A program made the translations under genes and the position numbers. A DNA stretch of 64,000 nucleotides, taken from positions 575,801-639,800 of the forward strand of contig RQSC01000002.1 of the NCBI GenBank assembly GCA_013416795.1, written 5' to 3'. Shown piece by piece: positions 43,383 to 53,926 of this stretch (positions are counted from its first letter, which is position 1; each line of letters opens with the position of its first letter). This DNA comes from Prasinococcaceae sp. CCMP 1430. Taxonomy: Eukaryota; Plantae; Prasinodermophyta. The notes beneath the pieces were generated by a model. That model saw only the letters and a list, made by a program, of their open reading frames with translations. It was not told the origin of the DNA and searched no databases.

Positions 43383-44244
43383 ATGCCGTCGGGGCCCGAT
43401 CTGGTCAAGAAGGCCAAGCGCCTGGAGAAAGAGGCTCGTACCGCGTTCAATGAGTATGACATCAGTGGCAATGGCCTCATCGACAAGGACGAGTGCACGC
43501 ATGTCCTCGCCGACCTCGGCATGCTTGATGGCCTGTCGACAGCGTCGTTTGGGAGTCTCCTCGACGATGCGTTTGCACGCGCCGATGCCGACGGGTCAGG
43601 CAAGCTGGACTTTCAGGTGCGCGCGCTCACGCGATGGGCGGGAGCACGCCGCGCGCCTGCGTGCGCCAGCGCCCCACAGTCGTGTGCTGCCATCGTGCGC
43701 TGGATGGTCTCACGTGCACACGTGCGGGCATGCGCACGTGCGCGAGCGAGCACGTACTTGCATACCCGCGCAATGCACGCGCGCGATCATTCGCTGTCGC
43801 CACGCGTCCGGAGCGCGCTCGCTCGCTGACGTGCCCCACCGGCGCGCGCGTGCGCAGGAGTTCACCAAGTACTACAACTCGGTGATGCGCTTCCGCTCGT
43901 CGGCTGAACCGGATGCGGGCGTCGAAGAGGGCGGCCCGCTGCACTCGCTGTACATAGATTTCTGCTCCTTCGGATCGAGCCTCGTTGCAGATGAGATGGA
44001 CGGGGCCAAGTTCGCCAAGTTCTGCCGCGATTCGAAGCTCATCACCAAGAAGTTAACCTCAACGGACGTTGATATCATCTTCGCGAAATGCAAGACCAAG
44101 GGCCAGAGAAAGATCACGTACGCCCAGTTTGTGAGCGCGCTCACTCTATGTGCTGAGACCAAGGGCATGGAGCTGGGTGTGCTGGTGGAGAAGGTGCTTG
44201 AGGTCGGCGGGCCGACATTGACAAGGGCACCGGCGCGGCGATGA
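43383..44244 (+). CDS. EF-hand + p25-alpha (TPPP) domain protein; intron 43617-43857
   Basis: EF loops DISGNGLIDKDE and DADGSGKLDFQ|EF; p25-alpha EMDGAKFAKFCRDSKLI..TDVDIIFAKCK..RKITYAQF..AL. Confidence 0.85.
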
Positions 44245-44512
44245 CCCTCGCTGACATGTGCAACACTAAAAGGTAGACGTCGCCGACAACAACGGCGAGC
44301 GCTGCCGGTGCTGCGAGACGCGCGTGGGCACCGCCGGTGCCACTTAATAATAGAGGGCGGCGAGTTGCCGCACAGGAATGCAACCGTACACGCGCTCTGC
44401 GCGAGCGTCGACGTGTGGTCCGTGGTGTGACTTGTTGCTGCCAGATTGTTACAGTACAGTGAAATCACGTGGGAATCTAGATTAGTGTGGCTACCGAGAC
44501 TACAACCCCCGC

Positions 44513-47500
44513 TTACGCCGGAACGCACCCAGGCTGGTTGCACCAGTTCCAAGCCAGAATATCATGCGTCTCGTGCACCTCCTCCGGGTCGAAGCCCTGC
44601 TTGGCGAAGCCCTTGGAGCCCGTGGAGGCGGTGAAACCCACGTAGGCGTTGCCGTCTGTGTCTAGGATCTTGGCCATGTCGCGGTCCTCGACGGCCACCT
44701 GGAAGACGAAGCGGTCCATGTCATCGATGAAGACCTGGAGCTCGCCGGGGAACTCCTTGATGATGTTGTAGTCGATCTCGTTGTCCTGTTTCGGCTCGAA
44801 GGCGGGCATCATGGTGATGCGCACCTCGCGCTCCTCAGCAGTCGCACCGGCAGTCTCGGTGTCCTCGAGGTTGGCCTCGTCGTCGTCAATGACCTTGATC
44901 ACGCGGCAGACCTCCCCGTCGTCGCCGAAGCCCGTGGTCGCGACAGGCGGGGCCTGGCGGCACGCGTGGTGCGTCTCGCAGGTGATGTCGCGGTTGACCT
45001 TGATCTTGGCGTTGGCCTTGACGCGGTTCGCGTAGCCGAACTCGTAGCCCGTGCGCAGCTCTGCCTTGAATCGCGTGAGGTGGTTGCCCTTGAGGCGGCG
45101 GCGATCGCCGTCGGCGGTCACGATGTCCGTCGTGGTGATCTTGCCCGAGCCCTGCTTCTCGGTGGTGAAGCCGCGGGTGTAGCGGATCTTGACGGTGTGC
45201 TCCTGGAAGTCAGCGAGCGTAGGCACGCTCGGCGTCGAGCCGAAGTGCGCACCGTTTTCGTCGTCCGAATGGAGCGCCTTAAGCATCGGCTGCGAGGCGC
45301 CCCACGGCTGGTGCGCGTACTTGGGCTCGGTGGTCATGAAGACGCCCAGGTGGTTGTCGTTGTACGAGACGTACTCGGTCGCGTTAATCCACCAGTGCTG
45401 CTTGCCCTGCTTGGGGTCACGGCGCTCGACATTGTAGAACGTGTCGAACTCCACCGCTAGCGCCTTCTTGAGGCCGTGCGGGCACTCCTCCCAGTTGCCA
45501 AAGTAGTTGACGGTGTTCGACTTTTTCGAGTTCGAGTAGCCCAGGCCGTCGGACGGGCAGCCCATGAGGGCGCCGTCGCTGCCGTCGAAGCTGCACGTGC
45601 CATGGACGCCGTTGTCGTAGTCGGCGCCCGGGCAGTCGAACACGCCATCCTCTTGACGGTCGTCGTTGGTGATGACGAAGGCAAAGCCGTCCGCGCCGTC
45701 ACAGATCTTGTCCTCGCCGCCGCACTGCGAGGGGTCGGTGATCTGGAAGACGAAGTTGGTCTCGAAGCCGTCCCAGATGTGCAGCTTGCGATGCCACCAC
45801 ACGGCGCCCGAGCGCTGCGCGTCGGGGTACGACGCGCCGCCCGCGTCGCGCCAGCGAACGAAGGCGTTGTTCTGGCGCTTGCGCGTCTCGGTGAGGCGCA
45901 CCACCCACTGCGGCGAATCGGCCGAGTTGAGCACCACATCGGCGTCGCGAACGAAGCGCAGGTTGTTCTGCACGCACATCGACTTGTGCGAGGCGTCGGC
46001 GAAGCCCGACACGTTCTTGGCGCCCTTACCCGAGTCCTCGCACTCGAAATCAGGGAAGTTGAACTCAAGGTAGAAGCGCGCGGTGTACTCCGACGAGCCC
46101 ACCGTTTGCGGGTAGCGGTTGTCGCCCATCACGCCGGTCACCCACCTCTCGCAGTTGGGCTCGAAGCTCTCCTGAATGTAGTGACCCAACGATGTGCTGT
46201 ATGCCGTGCCGCCCGCGCCGCCGAGCACCGACTTGTCGAGCGTGTCGGTGAGGCACGCGAAGTCGTACTCGTCCTCGTCGATAGCCCACGGCACCGACTC
46301 GCGCACTGACGTCAGGTGGTAGTTGGTGGTGTCAGGGCGGCCCGAGCCGTCGTCGTCGCGGCGCGTGTACAGGTCGATGTTGTCGTTCACGGTGTGCACG
46401 GCGATGCGGAAGTTGTAGTTCGAGTGGTCGGGCTTGACATAATAGTACGCGAACTGCTGCGGCTGAACCACCGAGCTCACCTTGAACCCGCAGCAGCCGG
46501 GGTCCACCTCGCAGTACTTGTACGACCAAGTCTGATAGAAGGTGTGCTCAGGGTGCGGCAGGTACGCGAGCGGGTGCTCGTCGGGCACAATGTCCTCGTA
46601 CGGCGGAAGGCGACCCACCGTCGTGGTGTCGCCCAGCGAATCGGTGTGCCCGACGCCGCCACGCTTGCCGGCCGCGCACTTGAGGATCTGGTAGTTCCGC
46701 GCGGTGCTCGTCACGCTGCTCAGGCGCGAGTCCGACACGAGCGACGTGTCCGACAGCACGCGCACCACGCGGATGTCGTAGTCATCGCTGCCGCCCAGCG
46801 GATCGAGGAGGCGAACGATGTCGCCTGGGCTGACGTCCGAGGTGAATTTGGCGTCGCGGTTGGAGTCGTCCGGATCGGGCGCCGAGGTGAGGAGCATCGT
46901 ATCGGCGTCCCACTCGACGAGGCCCGGCGCGGTCAGCTTCGGACGGTACGAGGCCTCGGCGATGGTGGTCGCGTCCGTGGTGATCGACATGCACTTGCCG
47001 TGGTTGTAGCACACGGGCGGGTTGGCGTTGTCGTCAGTCAGGAAGCGCTCGCCTGTCGCGGTGCAGCGCACGTGCGCATCACGGGTCAGCGACAGGAACG
47101 GAGGCCGAGCGCGAGAGGAGGCCGACGGGATCGGTCGCTTGCCTCAGTAATCGTTTCTCAAATTGTCGACACACTTTTTTGGCTGGCAGGCCATTCAGTC
47201 GCAAATTACCATTTTGTATGACATCTCAGGCAGGTGCGGGCGCAGCGGTGCATGTCCGGCACACGGCACCAAAGCGCGGAACGCGACGCACAGCAGCACG
47301 CAGAGGAGCAGCAGGGCGGCGCCTCAAGCACGCGCGCCAGCACAAGCGTCGCCGCGCAAGACGCACCCTCGGTCGAGAAGTAGTACTCGCAGTTCTCGAT
47401 GTCGGCGACGTGCAGGCGCCACGAGTCGTACGCGGTGAAGTGGCCCGAGGTGGCGACGGCCGTGGCGTCCCACTTGATGTACACCCCGAACGCCTTCTGC

Positions 47501-49345
47501 AGCTCCTTGTCCTCGAGCTGCTTCCACGAGTCCGAGGCCATGGTAATGCCGCAGTCCACATTGTTGTCCATGTCGGCGGCAGTGCAGCTGTCGTCGGCGG
47601 CGTTGGAGTCGCCGTCGTCAGTGTGCTTGAAGGTCTTCCACCACACGTGGTACTTGAACTTCGGGTCGGTGATGTGTGCCGTGACACGATCTCGACGGTG
47701 ACGCCGCGCGGCCACAGAGGCAGCAGGCGCGTGAGGCCGCGCACGTGCAGATCGCTCGCCTCGGCGTCGGTTCCCGAGATCGGGTGGAACTCGCGGTTGC
47801 CCAGCGTGAAGGGGCGGTCGATTGTCATCTCAACGTCCGACTGGATTGAGTTGATCTGGCGCGTCTGGCCACAAGCAGTGATGTAGTAGCCCGTGCGCAG
47901 CTGCGTGAGGAAGCGCGTGTTGCCGTAGAGGCCCTGCGTGCGCCCCTCACCGTACATGCTGGAGAACTCGCGGTTGGACCACGCCTCCGACACCACGCGG
48001 CGGCCGTACGACCGGATCTTGCCGTAGCCGGGCAGCAGCATGGTGTACCAGTTGAAGTGCGTGTGCATGAGCAGCGGCTCCGAGAAGGAGTTCTCCAGCA
48101 GCAAAAAGTACTCGGCGTACGAGCCGACGGTGCCCAGCTCAGCCACGCGCTGGGTCTCGAGGTCGCCGTTGATCTCGACGGTCATCCACGGGCCGCTGCC
48201 GAAGTACGCGCCCGTGCCGCTGTTGGCCCACGTCGAAGCCGGGCCAAACTGCGACTCGAAACGCGTGCCGCGGCCGACGATGCGGTGGCGCTTGAGCGTG
48301 CACGCGCCCGAGCAGGTCTCGATGTTGCCGTCGTTGACTTCGATGGCGGTGGTTCCCTCGAACGCGTCCACCTGATTCGCGTGCGTCTCGATCACGCCGA
48401 GGCCAGTGGCCGCCTTGCCCACACGCGGCGGGCACGCCACCCACGACCACTCGAACTCGTCGGCCATGGTCGTGTCGGAGTGCGGCAGCGCGGCGCCGCC
48501 GGGGCCGTAGCCCCCAGCCGTCGTGTACGCCCCGTCGGCGGCGTCGATGCCCGCGGCCGGATCGTGGTCGACGGTCAGCTCTGTGTCCGACTTGATCGAC
48601 GTGATGGTGCGCACCACGGGCGGGGTCAGCGTGTCGAGCACGAGCAGGTAGCCCACCTTGAGCTCCTTGGTGAACTTGCAGCCCGCGGTGCGGTCGCCGG
48701 ACGACGTGATGTCGGGGGTCGACGGCAGGTCGTTGGCGGCGGCGCCCTGGTGCTCGCACAGCACGGTGAGCTGCTCGACGGACTCTGAGCCCGACAGCAC
48801 GACCTCGTGCGCCTGCGAGCCGTAGCGCAGCGCGCCCTTGCCCCGCGGCATGCCCGGCTCGAAGGCAATGTAGTCCGAGTGGAACGAGCACTCGGCGGCG
48901 GCGCCCGCCATGAGCACGAGCTCGGTGTCCGAGGTGACCTCGAGGATCTCGAACTCGCAGACGGTGCCGTTGACGGTCACCTTGAGGCGGAAGGGGTTGA
49001 AGCCCATCTCCTTTGCCGTGTCCATGTCCGTTTGCGGCGAGTCCGCCACCTCGGGCTCAGAGTCCGACGGGTAGAGCATGCCGTCGACGTTGAGGCTCGA
49101 CTTGCCGCGGAACTGCTTGGTGAAGACGGTGTTCAGCCCGGTGACAGTGTTGCCCTGCGCATCGTCGAGGATCACCTTGCCGATGCCGCCGACCATGTAC
49201 GCATCGGGCGAGTACGGGTTACCCTCGGTGTGGTCACCCTGGCCGGTGAAGCCAAAGCCGCCCGCGTGGAACGGGTCGTTGCCGCACCAGCCGCACGTCG
49301 TGTCGGCAACGCATGACGCGCAGTTTGTGTGGTACTCGCAGCCGC
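44513..49345 (-). CDS. Large extracellular-type protein: PSI domain, six beta-rich repeats, legume-lectin domain; intron 47053-47366; frameshift near 47685; first exon not found
   Basis: CEYHTNCASCVADTTCGWCG (PSI); L-lectin motifs VRLT, GAVW, FETNFVFQI, GADGFAFVI, AVEFDT, NHLGV, AYVGFTASTG, HDILAW. Acceptor CAG at 49346-49348. Strongly biased GC3 codons. Confidence 0.75.
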
Positions 49346-49549
49346 CTGGTCGTGAGTGGGCCGACGCGCGTCAGCGGCGTTCGATGCCTGCGCTGCGCGC
49401 AACACACACACACACACACACAGTAGCGCCCCACGCACACATACACAAAAAACAAACGGGATGGGGGGACCATCGAGGCGCCAACTGCCGCGCGCGGGGG
49501 GCCTGCTCCAGGCCGTCACTACCCGAGGCTGCACCGTCGCGCGCGCGCG

Positions 49550-49550
<1 letters not shown>

Positions 49551-49582
<32 letters not shown>
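49551..49582. repeat. Poly-G tract
   Basis: About 32 consecutive G. Confidence 0.95.
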
Positions 49583-49939
49583 CGAGAGCGAGCGCGCGAG
49601 CGGAGAGGATGGGGGATCACCCTTCTCCCACCATCTCGTCTCTCGCCGCCCCCATCGCCCCGCGCGATCGCGCGCCGTCGCCGCCCCCCTCTCGCCGGTC
49701 CCCCCACCCCGCCTCCCCCCAAAACAGCAAAAAAAAACCATAGACCCTAAACCCCAAATCGGCGGCGGCTGTCGACGCCCGCCAGGTGGCGAGGTCACTC
49801 CGCAGGGGCGTTTCGCGCGGCGGTTGCGGTTGCGCCCGGCGTTTTTCGGCGGGAAAACACCGGAACGGATGCGAAACCAGTCCTTTCGTCCCCCTCCCCG
49901 CGCTTCCTTTTCGGGGCCGCGCGCGGCCGGATCCGGGTN

Positions 49940-50083
49940 ACACACACACACACACACACACACTTGCACGCACACACGCACACGCACACGCACACACACC
50001 ACACGCACACACACACGCACACGCACATGCACACAAACTCACACACGAAGATGCACGCACACGCACACGCACACACACACACA

Positions 50084-50124
<41 letters not shown>

Positions 50125-50150
50125 ACGCACACATGCGCACGCACACGCGC
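49940..50150. repeat. Compound (CA)n/(CACACG)n microsatellite
   Basis: Seen directly in the sequence. Confidence 0.95.
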
Positions 50151-50581
50151 ACCGCGCCCGCGCCGCGCGGCGCGCGAGTGGCGCCACGGCCGTGGCCTGC
50201 TGCGCGCATGCAGGCTCGCGCCCACGCGCGAAAGCGCAACAAAGGAAAAAGAGGAAGAAAACGAACCCCAAACACGTACGGCGGTCTTTAGGGTACGTGC
50301 CTGCGACTTCGGCGCCCATTACGTTCTAAGTGATGAGAGAAATGAAAACGGGTTTGCGGATTCGCGTATCGCCTTTGATTTTGATGTGTTCGGCAACGGC
50401 GGGGCGCAGGCGGGCGGGAGGAGGGGCGCCGCGGGGGAACGGACTGCGGGAGCGCGCGAAGAGGTGCGCGGCGCGCGGCGCGGGGCGCGCGCCACAGCAG
50501 CCACGGCGCGCGCGCGCACGCCCAGCCTTCCCCCATCCAACCCCACCACCCTTCTCCCGGGCGCTCGTGGCCGCAGCAGCC

Positions 50582-51653
50582 ATGATGGACCCCTCGGAAG
50601 CGGTCACCGCGATCGCCGTGGCGGGCGAGGACGTCGAGGAGCTCAAGAAGGCCATCGCCGACGCCGCCTTCCTCGACGGCCTGCCGGGGCACGCGAGGCA
50701 GCGGCTGCGCGGTGCGCAGCGCGCCGAAAAAAAAAAGGGAGGGGGGAAAACGGCACGCGAATTCGGGGCGAGCGGCTCCCGTTGTGTGCGCGCGCACATG
50801 CAGGGCGCGCGGGCGGGCGCGCGAATCCGCGCGCAGCCGCGAAACGGCACGGAAAAAAAAATGCGGCGCGCCGCGGGCGCGCGAACAGGCGCGCGCGTGC
50901 GGACGCGGACGCGGACGGGCGCGCAGGCGCCTGCGCGCGAAGTGGCGCGCGTGGCGCGCGCTGTCGCCCGGCCCGGAGGACCGAGCACGCGGCCATGCGC
51001 TCTCACCCTGCTGACGCGTGGCGGCGATGCCTATGCACCCCGCGGTTCGCGCTCGCATCACGCAGCTGCGCGTGGCCTCTTGCGCCGGCTGGAGCGCGGC
51101 GGCTCGACGCTCAAGGTGAAGGCCGAGAAGGCCAAGGAGCAGGAGGCCTCCAACCCGCAGACCAAGCAGGACATCCCGCCTGTCACGTATGAATTCATTG
51201 ACCTTGAGGAGAGCAAGGCAAAGTATGACATCGAGAAGTTCGACGAGAAGTGGGAGGGGCTCGAGAAGCTGCGCTGGCGCATGGTCCAGATGCCCGGTGG
51301 CGCCATCAAGAAGCCTGACGCCTTCTACTGGCTCTACGGCCTGGGCATGCAGGCCACGGAGGGTGACAATGACACCGAGAGGCCCATGTGGGCGGAGAAG
51401 GGCGGCCTCGACTTCGAAGGCCGTGCGCGTTGGGACGAGTACGAGGGCCGCAAGGGCATGGACCAAGAGGAGGCCAAGCAGAGATTCGTCGAGTTTTTCG
51501 AAGCCGGATACGACCCAAAGAAGTGTACGTCCCCGCGCGTCGTTGGCAGCATGAGCACAGCCAGGGCCGCCGCGCGTGCGTGCCGTCGCTGCGCGCGAAG
51601 GGCGCTAACGCGCGCGCACTCAACTTGCTATCACAGGCCTCTACCAGTTCTGA
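50582..51653 (+). CDS. Acyl-CoA-binding domain (ACBP) protein with N-terminal extension; introns 50712-51065 and 51525-51636; 201 aa
   Basis: LYGLGMQATEGD...RP....DFEGRARWD...KGMDQEEAKQRFVE. Both introns are phase 1 with GCTGAC/GCTAAC branch points; spliced CDS is 606 nt and ends KKCLYQF. Confidence 0.85.
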
Positions 51654-51789
51654 GTCTGCGGAGCGTGCTGCGTGGACACCCCAACGCACAAATATTAGTG
51701 TGCCGACGCACGCGCTCTGTGTAATTGTCATGAGCTGTGCGCGGCGTAGCACAGTACCGACCCTTCGCTCGCGTGCACCGCCAAGTGCA

Positions 51790-53466
51790 TCACACCGTTG
51801 CGACCAGTCCAAGCCTGTTCACCCATGCGCTCAGCGGCGTGTCCCGTTGTGGCATCGTCGCTGCCATGCGCCCCATGGGATGAGCGGGCGCAAGGAGCTC
51901 AACGTTCGCGAGACAGTGCGCGAGCCACTGCCCCACTGGTCGTGCGATTTCGGCACCTCGGCTGGCCGTTGGATCTGCGACTGTGATACCTGCTGGCGCA
52001 GTAGCTTCCAGCAGCTGTCGACACATCGCCAAGCTGCCATCCCCCGTGACGTTGGCATCACGGGCCAGGGCGTTCGTGGCTGACGCCCTGAAGAGAGCCT
52101 CGGCTGTTCGCTCCAGGGCAGCGCTGAGGGATCCGAGCGCTGGTGGAAGCATAGATGCGTCGTTGATACGCGCGGCAGCAACGCCCTCCACGCCGCTGCT
52201 CTCAGAGGGATGCTCTGAGCGTGCGCCATGCTCAAGCTGACCCGCAAGCTCACAGAGCGGCCACGGGAGCACGTCGCAGAGCTGGTGTGCGCCAATAAGA
52301 CCATCCGTTGGGCCGACGTTTCCGCGCAGACCGAGTGCCGTACCTCCTCCCATCGCGTAGCGACTGCTCCCGCGCACACTGGAAACCGGAGGAGGACAAC
52401 CACCATCAGTCTGGATGCGCCCTTCGTTCAGTCCGAGCGCATTTAGGCTCACCAGAGGGCGCCGGTAAGCCCACACAGGGAAGAGCGGCGGGTCAAAGAG
52501 AGGCACGCTTTCGCCGATGCCAGTGCTACTGCCGCCGCCTGCCGCGCGGCGATGGCGGCGTGGGCCAGTCGGTTGTTGCTCGCGCTCCAATGCGCGCAGA
52601 TGTGTCAATGCTCGCATCTCCTCGAGTGCCATGGCACCGCCACCCGCACATCGCGCCGCCGCCGCGAGAGCTGCAACCGCCGATCTGTTTGGCAGACGCT
52701 GTGGCGCGTCGGTCGCGACGGGCATAGCCGCCACAGCATCGGAGCGTACCGCCGAATCGGTACCGCCCACCTGCCAAATGACCGCCGAGTGACCCTTCAC
52801 CTCCAGCGCCTCTGTCAGCACAGCTCCTATAGACAAAAATGAACCGAGCTTCCTGAGCTCGGCAACTTCTGCTGACGCGACGGCAGCGGGAATGTCCCCT
52901 CCCATGCGCGCGTTAGCCACCGCTGCCTGTCGCGACAGTCCCTCTGGTGTCACGGGGACGAGCAAGCTGTCTCTGGCGACGGTGGCGGTGCCATTGTCGC
53001 GGCGATTTCCTCCCTCGCCCAAGGCGGCAGCGATGGCGCGCCGTGCACAGGTCAGCAGCTGCAATTCCTTCTCGCCTTGATCAGACTCTCTGCTGCCGTC
53101 GATGGCGAGAGCAAGCATCCAAGCCCCAGGGGCGGACGCCTCCGCGGCCACCGCGAACGCCGCGAGCGCTGCTGCAACAGACGCATCTTCGCCCCGGCAT
53201 GAGGCCGGGGGCAGCGCGCGCCCAGCGTGCCCCACGCCACCCATGACGGTATACGCAACACCCACGAGCACAGCGCCGCCCCTCACTCGGCCCTTTGCCA
53301 GGCGCGCGAGCGCTGCCGCGCCCTCGTCCTTCCGAGGGCTTGTCAGCGCTCCCGGCGCACCGCTCACGCCTGCCACCTCGGCCCGGGCCGCCGCCGCCGC
53401 CGCCGCCGCTGCCGCTGCCACCAGAAGCAGCAGCGCCACAGCCGCTGCTGGAGAGACCCGGTGCAT
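51790..53466 (-). CDS. Hypothetical secreted or membrane-anchored protein, 558 aa
   Basis: Uninterrupted ATG-started ORF with a signal-peptide-like N-terminus (VALLLLVAAAA). No family recognised. Confidence 0.55.
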   Translation of the reverse strand: MHRVSPAAAVALLLLVAAAAAAAAAAARAEVAGVSGAPGALTSPRKDEGAAALARLAKGRVRGGAVLVGVAYTVMGGVGHAGRALPPASCRGEDASVAAALAAFAVAAEASAPGAWMLALAIDGSRESDQGEKELQLLTCARRAIAAALGEGGNRRDNGTATVARDSLLVPVTPEGLSRQAAVANARMGGDIPAAVASAEVAELRKLGSFLSIGAVLTEALEVKGHSAVIWQVGGTDSAVRSDAVAAMPVATDAPQRLPNRSAVAALAAAARCAGGGAMALEEMRALTHLRALEREQQPTGPRRHRRAAGGGSSTGIGESVPLFDPPLFPVWAYRRPLVSLNALGLNEGRIQTDGGCPPPVSSVRGSSRYAMGGGTALGLRGNVGPTDGLIGAHQLCDVLPWPLCELAGQLEHGARSEHPSESSGVEGVAAARINDASMLPPALGSLSAALERTAEALFRASATNALARDANVTGDGSLAMCRQLLEATAPAGITVADPTASRGAEIARPVGQWLAHCLANVELLAPAHPMGRMAATMPQRDTPLSAWVNRLGLVATV

Positions 53467-53926
53467 GCGGCGGCGGCCGTGGCGGCGGGGCGCATGTCGT
53501 GTGGCGCCGCCCCCTCCCGCATGTCGCCTGGCCCGCCTGGCGCACAGCTGCTCGAGTGCAGGCGCGAGTGCAATAATGCAGCGACACGACTCGTAACAGC
53601 CTCTGCGCGCGCCTGAATTAGCTGAGCAGAGCTGAGGCGTGATATTCGAACCCTGATCTCATGACCTCAAACATGGACCCTATCCGAATCGCACGGCCAT
53701 GCATGCGGATGCCCACGGCGCCGAGGTCTCGGGGGGGGGAGCCCCGGGGCTGGCGGTGGCGCGGGCACGCGCGCCTCCTCAGCTGCCTCCGAGGGGACCG
53801 GTGCCGGCGCTCGGAGGCTCACGGCGACGCGCGGGCTGCAGGGGAATCGTATTACACTTCGCGGCGGCGGCGGCAGCAAGTTGGGGCGGCGCCTGACTGG
53901 CGCCCCCGCCCGCCTTGCATGGCGTC

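Noticed and set aside
49356-50329. His/Thr- or Cys/Val-rich ORFs
   Set aside because: Translations of CA/GT microsatellites and the poly-G tract.
53615-53680. TPP riboswitch-like CTGAG...GAACCCTGATC
   Set aside because: No P1/P2 GGG stem or closing GCGNAGGGA, and it is not next to a thiamine gene.
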